From assembly GCA_027484825.1 (NCBI GenBank), contig JAIXSE010000028.1, positions 68,925 to 132,924 of the forward strand: DNA of 64,000 bases. The letters are read 5' to 3'. Of this stretch, positions 54,283 to 62,909 are shown piece after piece. Every line of letters begins with the position of its first letter. The first letter of the stretch is position 1. Source of the stretch: Rubrivivax sp. Its GTDB lineage: Bacteria > Pseudomonadota > Gammaproteobacteria > Burkholderiales > Burkholderiaceae_C. The position numbers and the translations under genes are program-made. Under the pieces are notes generated by a model. It did not search any database. It saw only the letters and a list, made by a program, of their open reading frames with translations, and was not told the DNA's origin.

Positions 54283-55704
54283 ATGACACGCATTGGCATC
54301 ACCACCCGGGTTTTCCTGTCGGTGCTGGCGACCACCGGCCTGGCGGTGCTGGCCATGGGGTGGGCCACCCACCTCAGCTTCTCGCGCGGCTTTTTCGGCT
54401 ACCTCAATGACCAGCAGATGGCTCGCATGCAGGCCGCCATGCCGCGACTGCAGCAGGGCTGGCGCGAGCATGGCAACTGGGACTTCGTGCGGGACCGCCC
54501 CGAGGTCTGGTTTCGGCTGCTGGGCGCGGAACAGACGCTGATTGAAATCGGCCTGCCGCCTCCGCTGACCGATGAAGCCCTGATCTCTTCCGACCTGCTC
54601 GGCGCGGGCCGTCGCATGATGCTGATGGATTCCCAGCGCTTGCGGGTGATCGGGTTTCCGTTCCTGCTCCCGGAGAGCCGTGAGCTGCCCATCCAGGTCG
54701 ATGACCAGACCGTGGGCTGGCTGGTGATTGCACCGGTGCAGGCCGCCACGGACGAAGCGGCCCTGCGTTTCCTGCGCGGCCAGTGGCAGGCCGTGACGGC
54801 GCTGGGGGTGGTCGCGCTGATCGTGGCCGGCCTAGCAGCCTGGTGGGTGACGCGGGCCCTGCTGGCGCCCGTGCGACGGGTGGCGGCGGCCACCCACCGA
54901 CTCGCGGCTGGTGACTTTGGCACGCGGGTGCCGGTGCATGGTCATGATGAGGTGGCGCAACTGGGCCAGGACTTCAACCAGCTGTCGCAGGCCCTGGCTC
55001 GCAATGAAGCGATGCGGCGGGACTTCATGGCTGACATCTCTCATGAGCTGCGCACGCCGCTGGCGGTGCTGCGCGGGGAGCTGGAAGCGGTGGAAGACGG
55101 CGTGCATCCGATGACGCCGGAGCTGCTGACGCTCTTGCAGGCCGAGGTGGCCACGCTCACCCAGCTGGTGCAGGACCTCCACGAACTGGCGCTGGCCGAT
55201 GTGGGCGCTTTGACCTACCGGAAGCAGGACATGGATTGGGCCGCTCTCGTGAGCCAGGCGGCCAGCGCCTTCCAGTCCGCCTGTGCGGATCGTCGCTTGC
55301 GACTGAGCCTGTCTCTGCCGGACCAGCCTCTGCAGATGTCCGGCGATGTGGATCGCCTGCATCAGCTGCTGCACAACCTGATGGACAACGCCATCCGCCA
55401 CACCCACGAGGGGGGTGAGTTGCGCCTGCGGCTGCGCAGGGACGGCGACGAGGCGGTGATGGATCTGGAAGACTCGCCACCCGGCGTGCCGGCGGAGCTG
55501 CTGCCGCGGCTGTTCGAGCGCTTCTTCCGGGTGGATGGCTCCCGCGGCCGGAGCAGTGGCGGCAGCGGTCTGGGTCTGGCCATCTGCCGCAGCATCGTCC
55601 TGGCCCATGACGGGTCGATTCAGGCGCGCCCCTCTGAACTGGGTGGCCTCTGGATCGAACTGCGTCTTCCGCTGACCCGGCATGCACAGGCGCTGCCGTC
55701 ATGA
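54283..55704 (+). CDS. BaeS/SmeS-like sensor histidine kinase
   Basis: Two TMs, HAMP, H-box 'ISHELRTPL', BaeS-type 'EDSPPG', 'GGSGLGLAI'. Confidence 0.92.
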   Translation: MTRIGITTRVFLSVLATTGLAVLAMGWATHLSFSRGFFGYLNDQQMARMQAAMPRLQQGWREHGNWDFVRDRPEVWFRLLGAEQTLIEIGLPPPLTDEALISSDLLGAGRRMMLMDSQRLRVIGFPFLLPESRELPIQVDDQTVGWLVIAPVQAATDEAALRFLRGQWQAVTALGVVALIVAGLAAWWVTRALLAPVRRVAAATHRLAAGDFGTRVPVHGHDEVAQLGQDFNQLSQALARNEAMRRDFMADISHELRTPLAVLRGELEAVEDGVHPMTPELLTLLQAEVATLTQLVQDLHELALADVGALTYRKQDMDWAALVSQAASAFQSACADRRLRLSLSLPDQPLQMSGDVDRLHQLLHNLMDNAIRHTHEGGELRLRLRRDGDEAVMDLEDSPPGVPAELLPRLFERFFRVDGSRGRSSGGSGLGLAICRSIVLAHDGSIQARPSELGGLWIELRLPLTRHAQALPS

Positions 55705-55777
55705 AGCGCGGCGCCGTCCCCCGGGGCCGGCACAGGCCGGTGCCTTGTGAATTCGTGCTGAAGGGAGTGTGTCCATC

Positions 55778-56575
55778 ATGTCCGACCTGAGCTCGACGGC
55801 GCCGGCATCACCGGCCCGGATTCTGGTGGTCGAAGATGAGCCCCGGCTGGCTCAACTGGTGCACGACTATCTGGTGCGGGACGGCCATGACTGCGTGCAG
55901 CTGCACGACGGCAGCGGCGTGGTGGACTGGGTGCGCGAACATGCGCCGGACCTGCTGGTGCTGGACCTGATGCTGCCGGGGCGGGACGGCCTGAGCATCT
56001 GCCAGGCGCTGCGCAGCTTCAGCGATGTGCCCATCGTGATGGTCACCGCCCGTGTCGAAGAAGTGGACCGACTGATCGGCCTGGAAGCGGGCGCGGACGA
56101 CTATGTCTGCAAGCCGTTCAGCCCGCGGGAGCTGGCGGCGCGGGTGAAGGCGATCCTGCGGCGTCGGGGGCGATGGGCAAGGGCCGCCGCCGCTGCCGAC
56201 CCCGGCGCTCCTGTCGCCCCTGCCGACCCCACCAAGGCGATCGGTTCCGACCCACCGTCCACCGGCTTGTGCCTGGACACTGACCGCCATGTCGCCACGG
56301 TCGCCGGCCGGCGGCTGGATCTGACCCCGGCCGAGTTCCGGCTGCTCAAGGCACTGTCCGATGCGCCGGGCCGTGTCTTTTCGCGGGACCAATTGCTGGA
56401 CCGACTGCATGACGACCAGCGGGCGCTGAGTGACCGCACCGTCGACAGCCATGTCAAGAACCTGCGGCGCAAGCTGGAGCAGGCCTGCCCGGGGCAGGAA
56501 CCGATCCGCTCGATCTATGGGGTGGGATACCGCTTCGACGGCGTGGAGGCGGCGGGCAGTCCGGGCGCTGCCTGA
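55778..56575 (+). CDS. BaeR/SmeR-like OmpR-family response regulator
   Basis: 'ILVVEDEP', 'LDLMLPG', 'DRTVDSHVKNLRRKL', 'YGVGYRF'; start 55769 or 55778. Confidence 0.93.
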   Translation: MSDLSSTAPASPARILVVEDEPRLAQLVHDYLVRDGHDCVQLHDGSGVVDWVREHAPDLLVLDLMLPGRDGLSICQALRSFSDVPIVMVTARVEEVDRLIGLEAGADDYVCKPFSPRELAARVKAILRRRGRWARAAAAADPGAPVAPADPTKAIGSDPPSTGLCLDTDRHVATVAGRRLDLTPAEFRLLKALSDAPGRVFSRDQLLDRLHDDQRALSDRTVDSHVKNLRRKLEQACPGQEPIRSIYGVGYRFDGVEAAGSPGAA

Positions 56576-56730
56576 TCCCCCTGGAGGGACGTCAGGCCTG
56601 CGTGGCTCGAATCGCCGGGCCTGCGGCCCTCGTGGTGGGCAGGCATGCATTCCGTTGTTGAGCTGGCTACACTGCCAGGACGACGAGCTTGGCAGATCGA
56701 CACCAAGCTGGAAGCAGGGAAGGACACAAC

Positions 56731-57105
56731 ATGAAGAATCTGGTGGGGGTGGTCATCGCCCTGGTGCTGGCCTCCGTGGCCTGGAAGCAATGGGAGCGGC
56801 ATGCGCCGCCGGCCGGCGTCAGCCGCAGCGAGATGCGCACGCTGGCGGCCAGTGTCCGGCCCGAAGAAGTGGTCATGTACACCACCACGGAATGCGGGTA
56901 TTGCCACCAGGCCAAGAACTGGCTGAACAGCAATGGCTTCGCCTTCACCGAATGCAACATGAGCGTGGATGCACGGTGCCAGACGGAATTCCAATCCTAC
57001 CGCGCGGACGGTACGCCCTTCCTGGTGATCAACCGCGGGAAGAAACAGCATCTGATGCGTGAAGGCTTCGATACCGAAGAGTTCGTGGCCGCCCTGCGCG
57101 GGTGA
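56731..57105 (+). CDS. Glutaredoxin-like protein with N-terminal signal/anchor
   Basis: Hydrophobic N-terminus, CGYC active site, 'GTP' cis-Pro loop; AAGGA RBS. Confidence 0.8.
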   Translation: MKNLVGVVIALVLASVAWKQWERHAPPAGVSRSEMRTLAASVRPEEVVMYTTTECGYCHQAKNWLNSNGFAFTECNMSVDARCQTEFQSYRADGTPFLVINRGKKQHLMREGFDTEEFVAALRG

Positions 57106-57216
57106 GCTGCTGCGGGGCGCTTTCCCCGCCACCTGCTCCGAGTCTGGTCAGAAGCAGGGCGCCGCGGTTCTTGCCTCGGCCGACTTGAGGGCGCTGCCCC
57201 GCGTCAGGGCCTCGCG

Positions 57217-58893
57217 TCAGAGCGGCGCTGGTGGCAGGCCCTGCACCGCGCGGTCCCACATGCGCTCATACAGCGATTCCAAATCGCGCGCGAACTGACG
57301 TGAATCGATCCAGGGACGGATCGCGCGGCGCGCGACGCCCCGTCCTTCGGAAGCCGTCGCCGCCCGTTCGGTCTGACGCGCCAGCTCACACACCCGCGCC
57401 ACATACGCCGCAGGCGATTCGCAGATCAGGTCTTCCAGCCCCGCAGCCGTCAGAAGACTGGCGGCCACCCGTCCCGCGAATCCCTCGCCCTGGATCGTGA
57501 TCACGGGCACCCCGGCGGCCAGCGCATCGCTGGTGGTGGTGTGTCCGTTGCAAGGCCAGGTGTCCAGCGCCAGGTCGGCGCTGGCCAGACGCTGCCAGTG
57601 CGTGGCCATGTCCACCGGCGGCATGAAGACAATCCGATCCGCGCTGATGCCCCGCTGGGCCGCCTCGGCCAGCAACTGCGCATCGGCCTGCTCACCACCG
57701 CTGAGCTGCCACAGCAGCGCCTGCGGCAGCCGGTGCAGAATGTCCATCCAGGTGTCCCAGACGGTCGGCGTGATCTTGTAGACCGGATTGGCCCCGACCA
57801 GCACGAGTCCATCCTCGGGCAGGCCCCAGGTCGAGCGCGGCAGCGCCGTGATGCGCCGACTGCCGTCACCCGGCTGGTAGCAGCGGGGCAACTGGGCAAT
57901 CGTCTCGCTGTAGTCCGCAGCGTGGCTCAAGGGCGTGACGATCGGGTCGCCGATGATGTAGTCGATGAAATCGGCTCCGCTGGTGCCCGGAAAACCCAGC
58001 CAGCTGACTTGCACCGGCGCCGGTCGGCAGGCCAGGGCGGTGAAGCGGCTGCCGGCGGTGTGGCCTTTGAGGTCCACGGCGATGTCCACGGCCTCTTCTC
58101 TCAACCGGCTGGCGGTGCCGGCGGTCGACAGCCCGGACACATCGATCCAGCGCGAGCCGGCCTGGCGGATGCGCTGCCCCAGCGGGCTGTCATCCTCCGC
58201 GCCGTGGGAGACCAGCAGGATCTCGAAGCGCTCGCGGTCATGCTGCTCCAGCGTCTCCACCAGTAGTGCGGCGGTGGCATGGGCATGGAAGTCCGAGGAC
58301 AGGTAGGCGATGCGCAGACGCTCACCCGGCGCCTTGGCCGCCGCCCTCACCGGGGTCAGCGGCTTTAATCCCCGGCTCAGGAAGCGAGTGCTCATCCGGG
58401 CCACCTTCAGCAGATCGGACGGCGCATGCGGCAGCCCCACCAGGGTGAAGGGCACACCGAATTCATCGTCCGCCTGATCGGGCTTGGTGCGGATGGTGGT
58501 ATGCAGCGCCGTGAGGTTGGCCTCGAAGTCGGCCCAGCGGGCGCATTGCTGGTCCCCATGGGCCAGATAGGCCTGGGCCATGATGCTGTCGGGTTGCAGC
58601 GTGGCGACGGTGCGGAAACACTCGGCGGCCTCGGCCTTCATCTGCAGCGTCTGCAGGGCGAAGGCCAACTGCAGATAGGCGTGCACGTCGTCCATCTTCA
58701 GCGCCAGCGCCTGCATCAGCGGCCCCACGGCCTCCTGCGGACGGCCGCTGCGGCGCAGCGCCTCTCCGTAGTAGCGCTGCAGCTCGTTGGACGGCACCTG
58801 GGCATGGGGCGCAAGCAGCGCCGCTGCCTCGGCATATCGCTGGTGCGCCATTTCGGACAAAGCGGCTTGCAGAAGATCCTGGAGTGCGGTCAT
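57217..58893 (-). CDS. TPR-containing GT41 (OGT/SPINDLY-like) O-glycosyltransferase
   Basis: TPR-like helices, 'RIAYLSSDFHAH', 'VDLKGHT', 'RPAPVQVSWLGFPGT', 'YKITP', 'LDTWPCNGHTTT'. Confidence 0.88.
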   Translation of the reverse strand: MTALQDLLQAALSEMAHQRYAEAAALLAPHAQVPSNELQRYYGEALRRSGRPQEAVGPLMQALALKMDDVHAYLQLAFALQTLQMKAEAAECFRTVATLQPDSIMAQAYLAHGDQQCARWADFEANLTALHTTIRTKPDQADDEFGVPFTLVGLPHAPSDLLKVARMSTRFLSRGLKPLTPVRAAAKAPGERLRIAYLSSDFHAHATAALLVETLEQHDRERFEILLVSHGAEDDSPLGQRIRQAGSRWIDVSGLSTAGTASRLREEAVDIAVDLKGHTAGSRFTALACRPAPVQVSWLGFPGTSGADFIDYIIGDPIVTPLSHAADYSETIAQLPRCYQPGDGSRRITALPRSTWGLPEDGLVLVGANPVYKITPTVWDTWMDILHRLPQALLWQLSGGEQADAQLLAEAAQRGISADRIVFMPPVDMATHWQRLASADLALDTWPCNGHTTTSDALAAGVPVITIQGEGFAGRVAASLLTAAGLEDLICESPAAYVARVCELARQTERAATASEGRGVARRAIRPWIDSRQFARDLESLYERMWDRAVQGLPPAPL

Positions 58894-59011
58894 GGAGCGA
58901 TGGGCCCGGCCGGGCCGGAGGGGGACTTCGGACAGTCCGGCCATCGTAGCCGCTCAGGTGCCTGCTGCGACGGTCGCCAACATGCCCGCTGCCTCGCCCG
59001 CTGCCTGGCGG

Positions 59012-59809
59012 TCAGCGGCGCCCACTGCCGGCCGACTCCGGCGAGCTTGGCCCCGCGCGGGACCGCAGCCCCCATTCCCACAAGCGCTCACTGGGCAGCG
59101 GCAGCACCATGAACCAGTGCTCCAGCAGCGCCAGGCTCAGCAGCATGGCCACGAAGCTGCACGCAGTCACCTCGAAGGCTTCAACGCTCAGCGCCACCGC
59201 GCCATGCCAGGCCGCCGCCGACAAGGCCGTCACCCCGATCACGCTGACCGGGAACCAGCGGTTGCCCGGCCGCTGCCGGAAGTAGCTGTGCAAATACCGC
59301 AGATGCTCCGGCAGGAACTGCTCATTGAGATTGCGCACGCCCAGGAAGACATTGAGCTTGGCCGACAGCCGCATCAGCCACAACACGCCGAAGGTCCAGG
59401 TGGCCACCTGATTCGGTCGGCCCCAGGTCAGCGCCAGCACCGCCAGCCCCAGCACGATCAGCGCCAGCTCGTGATAGAGAATCGCCATCACCGCATGGCC
59501 GGCGCGTCGCCAGCCCCGCGCGCCGGGCGGGCAGGCCGCGCGGCGCGGGCCGGTCACATAGCCCAGCAGGAAGCCGATCTCCTGCCAGCCCCACACCATC
59601 AAGGCGGCGGTGAAGGCGAGGTAGGCGCCGGAGACGCGGGTGTCCGCCGCCGTCACGCTCACGCCCACCAGCGCGATGCCCAGCAGCACCGTGGCCGCGG
59701 CCATGGTCCAGGGATGGGTCTGGCGGGGCAGTCCGTTCAGGTAGAGGATCACCCCGGTGCTGAACCACCATAGCAGCAGCGTGTAGAGGGCGGGCCAGCC
59801 GTGTTGCAT
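59012..59809 (-). CDS. puhE: Photosynthetic complex assembly protein PuhE
   Basis: 'WWFSTGVILYL', 'RLSAKLNVFLGV', 'LEHWFMVLP'; follows acsF. Confidence 0.9.
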   Translation of the reverse strand: MQHGWPALYTLLLWWFSTGVILYLNGLPRQTHPWTMAAATVLLGIALVGVSVTAADTRVSGAYLAFTAALMVWGWQEIGFLLGYVTGPRRAACPPGARGWRRAGHAVMAILYHELALIVLGLAVLALTWGRPNQVATWTFGVLWLMRLSAKLNVFLGVRNLNEQFLPEHLRYLHSYFRQRPGNRWFPVSVIGVTALSAAAWHGAVALSVEAFEVTACSFVAMLLSLALLEHWFMVLPLPSERLWEWGLRSRAGPSSPESAGSGRR

Positions 59810-59815
59810 GAGGTC

Positions 59816-60892
59816 CTACCAGCTCGGCGCCACACGCATCTCGCGCGGCAGCTCATGGGACTTCACCGGCAGCAGGTACAGCCGCGCGAAACAGGCGGTT
59901 GCCTGCACCGCGCACCAGCCCTGCTGCAACCGCCCCAGAACGCCGCCGCGCGCCTTGGCCCGGTCGTTGGCCTGCGCAATCCGGCACAGCCGCGTCATGC
60001 CGGCGCGGAAGGCCGGACGGTCGGTGTCCAGGCTCAGCGGGAAGACCTGCCGGGAGATCTCGGTGGTGATGTCGAAGACCTTGTAGTCGTACTCGGTCGG
60101 GTCCATGCCCAGGGCCTGGCTCAGCCAGGGGCGGGTATGGTCGCGCACATACATCGTGGCGTAGACCGCCAGCAGGAAGAAGCGGATCCACAGCTTGTTG
60201 CCGCCGCGCAGCAGATGCGGCTGGGCCCGCATCATCAGGGCGAAGGACTCGCCGTGGCGGAACTCGTCATTGCACCAGCGCTCGAACCAGCGAAAGATCG
60301 GATGGAAGCGCTTGTCCGGATGCCGCTCCAGCTGGCGATAGATGCTGATGTAGCGCGCATAACCGATCTTCTCCGACAGGTAGGTGGCGTAGAAGATGTA
60401 CTTGGGCTTGAAGTAGGTGTAGGCCTTGGTGCGCTTGAGGCCCACCAGGTCCACCTGCAGTCCGAAGTCCTTCAGGGACTGGTTGATGAAGTTGGCATGG
60501 CGGGACTCGTCCCGGGTGAGATAGCGCATCAGCTGGCGGATGTCGGGGTTGCTGACGTTCTTGGCGATCTCGTTGTAGAGCACGCAACCAGAGTATTCGC
60601 TGGTCAGCGAGCTGACGAGGAAGTCCTGGAAGTCCCGTCGCAGCTGCGGGGACCAGGTGGCCGAGAGCGCCGCCACCTCCGCGGCGAACTCGGGCGTGCG
60701 CAGGAAGTGGTCGTGGTTGTTGTCGCCCTCGTATTCGGCCAGCATCGCGTCCCACTCGGCACGGATGGGGCTCATGTCCAGCCGGTCCATTGCCGCATAG
60801 TCGGTCTTGTAGAAACGCGGCGTGAGCATCGTCTCGGCCTTGGCCAGACGGGCGGCATCTTCCGGGGTCTGCAGTTCAGCGCTGGGCGACAT
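59816..60892 (-). CDS. acsF: O2-dependent Mg-protoporphyrin IX monomethyl ester cyclase
   Basis: 'LTPRFY', two DExRH di-iron motifs (DESRH, DEFRH), '[14 protein letters not shown]'. Confidence 0.97.
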   Translation of the reverse strand: MSPSAELQTPEDAARLAKAETMLTPRFYKTDYAAMDRLDMSPIRAEWDAMLAEYEGDNNHDHFLRTPEFAAEVAALSATWSPQLRRDFQDFLVSSLTSEYSGCVLYNEIAKNVSNPDIRQLMRYLTRDESRHANFINQSLKDFGLQVDLVGLKRTKAYTYFKPKYIFYATYLSEKIGYARYISIYRQLERHPDKRFHPIFRWFERWCNDEFRHGESFALMMRAQPHLLRGGNKLWIRFFLLAVYATMYVRDHTRPWLSQALGMDPTEYDYKVFDITTEISRQVFPLSLDTDRPAFRAGMTRLCRIAQANDRAKARGGVLGRLQQGWCAVQATACFARLYLLPVKSHELPREMRVAPSW

Positions 60893-61349
60893 GGTCAGCT
60901 CCTGGTGAGGTGGGGGGCAGCAGGCGGACGAACACCGCCGCATTGGTGGCCCCGAAGGATTCAAGATCGATGCGTCGGTGGGTGCCCGGGTCCATCAAGG
61001 TGAGCCGGCCGTCGGCCCGGCCGAGCAGCTCGAACGGTTGCTCCGGACCCAGGCCCTGGCGCTTGCGCTCGCGGGCAAGGCCCCGCATGGCGCTGCGCAG
61101 GAAGCCGTTGGTGCCGGGGGCGACGGTGTCCAGCAGGTCTCCGCTGCGAGCATCCCGGATGGCGATGCTGCCGTCAGCCCCGTCCTCGAAACGCAGCAGT
61201 CGCAGCTGCTGCGTCGGCGCATCGGGCAACTGCTGCGGGCTGACGCCGACCACCCGGACCGCCGCCACGCCCAGCACGCTGGTCAGCACCAGCGCCCCGA
61301 GGGCGGCCAAAGGCAGGGTGGGCAGCTTGCGGTTCAATGGCGTGTCCAT
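60876..61349 (-). CDS. puhC: Photosynthetic complex assembly protein PuhC
   Basis: '[15 protein letters not shown]', '[15 protein letters not shown]'. Confidence 0.92.
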   Translation of the reverse strand: MDTPLNRKLPTLPLAALGALVLTSVLGVAAVRVVGVSPQQLPDAPTQQLRLLRFEDGADGSIAIRDARSGDLLDTVAPGTNGFLRSAMRGLARERKRQGLGPEQPFELLGRADGRLTLMDPGTHRRIDLESFGATNAAVFVRLLPPTSPGADHVAQR

Positions 61350-61439
61350 GGATCGGGCCGGTTGAGGGAGGCAGTGGAAGTGGGCAGTGACGGTAGGCGG
61401 TGACGGTATGCAGGTCGGGTGAGCGTGCGGGCCGCTGGT

Positions 61440-62147
61440 TCAAGCCGGCTGCGGCAGATGCGGATGCGCGGGTTCCGCCATGGGCCGGGTCGGGTCCAGC
61501 ACCACGGCGCGTTCAGGCAAGGTCTGCCGCGCGTCCTCGGCGGCCTTCAAGGCCTGCGCCAGCAAGGCAGCGACCTCCGGGGCGTCGGTCAGCGCCCGCA
61601 GCATCGGCTGGGTGCGCTTCAGATGCCAGGGCCGGGCATGCGGCCACAGATGCAGATAGGCGATGCGATCGGAGCCTCCCAGGCTCAGCACGATGTCGCC
61701 GCCCCGACCGCGCGGGCGCCAACTGGCCGCCAGCAACTGGGCAAACGGCAGGTTGAAGGTGATGCTCAGCACGATGCCCACCCGCATCACCACCCGCCGA
61801 TTGGTGATCGTGTAGACGGTGGTGCGCGCAATCAGCCAGGCCATGCCGGCCAGCAGGCCCACCGCCAGCACCATCAGTGGCAGCATGCCGGCCAGTGCGC
61901 CGAGGGTCTGGCCCAGGCTCAGGCCGTCGGCCCAGGCGGCACCGGCCCGCCACAGCAGCAGCAGACCGAAATACCCCGCCACCAGATCCAGATGCAGCGC
62001 CTGCCGCAGCAGCAAGCGGGCATCGGGCGCGCCTTGCCACAACAGACGCTCGTTATCTGGCAGGGCCTCGGGCAGCCCCGGTGTGGCTTCGAACTCGTGT
62101 TCGTGCGCCGGGGCCAGCACGTTCACGAGGTTGCTCACCGCCCTCAC
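61440..62147 (-). CDS. puhB: Photosynthetic complex assembly protein PuhB
   Basis: 'PGLPEALPDNERLLWQGAP', 'YTITNRRVVMRVG', 'LWPHARPW'; GTGA overlap with puhA. Confidence 0.92.
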   Translation of the reverse strand: MRAVSNLVNVLAPAHEHEFEATPGLPEALPDNERLLWQGAPDARLLLRQALHLDLVAGYFGLLLLWRAGAAWADGLSLGQTLGALAGMLPLMVLAVGLLAGMAWLIARTTVYTITNRRVVMRVGIVLSITFNLPFAQLLAASWRPRGRGGDIVLSLGGSDRIAYLHLWPHARPWHLKRTQPMLRALTDAPEVAALLAQALKAAEDARQTLPERAVVLDPTRPMAEPAHPHLPQPA

Positions 62148-62899
62148 AGCAGCGGCTCCTGACGCTGCGGCGTCGCGTAGAGCGTGCCGGCGCCGTAATA
62201 GGCCATGATCTTCTCTTCTTCGAGCAACGTTACCTGCTCGGCATGCCGGGTGGCCGGCACGCCGGCGATCTGGTGGCCCAGCAGGGACCGCACCCGGATG
62301 TGGTGGTCATGCACCTTGGCGAAGTTCATCGGCAGCAGCACGCGGCCGGTACCGGGCACGTCCAGTTCCAGATAACGGAACAGCATTTCCGAGCGGTCCA
62401 CCCACAGGTCCACCACCCGGCCACCTTCCACGCCGTCCACGCCCAGCACCGGCAGGCCGCGCGGGTCCACATCCTGGGGCGCCACGCCGAAGCCGGCGGC
62501 CACCCGCAGCGGCACGATCTTGATCGCGCCTTCATAGGTCAGATCGGCCACATCCGCCCGGTCGGCCCAGGCGCCGGGCCCCACACCGGCCCGCAGCGGA
62601 TTGCCGTCCGGCTGCAGCGGTGCGCCGCGATAAGCGCCCTCATGCAGCGGCGGCTGGTTGTCGCGCCGGGCATTGGGGGCCTCGACCGTCTGACCGTTGG
62701 CCAACCGGAAGACCTTGGGTTTGGGCACCGACGGCCAGCCCTGCACCTTGATGGCATGCGAGCGGTCGGATTCCAGCGGGTAGCCCTCACGCTTGTTCTC
62801 GCGATGCAGGTAATAGATGAGCCCGGCAAAGAAGATCCAGAACGCGTAGAGCACGAGCTGGGCCACGTCGATGTAGCCCGTGATGGCACCGGTTTGCAT
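62144..62899 (-). CDS. puhA: Photosynthetic reaction centre H subunit
   Basis: 'GAITGYIDVAQLVLYAFW', 'REGYPLE', 'GVGPGAWADR', 'TLLEEEKIMAYYGAG'. Confidence 0.97.
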   Translation of the reverse strand: MQTGAITGYIDVAQLVLYAFWIFFAGLIYYLHRENKREGYPLESDRSHAIKVQGWPSVPKPKVFRLANGQTVEAPNARRDNQPPLHEGAYRGAPLQPDGNPLRAGVGPGAWADRADVADLTYEGAIKIVPLRVAAGFGVAPQDVDPRGLPVLGVDGVEGGRVVDLWVDRSEMLFRYLELDVPGTGRVLLPMNFAKVHDHHIRVRSLLGHQIAGVPATRHAEQVTLLEEEKIMAYYGAGTLYATPQRQEPLL

Positions 62900-62909
62900 G
62901 GAAGGCCTC

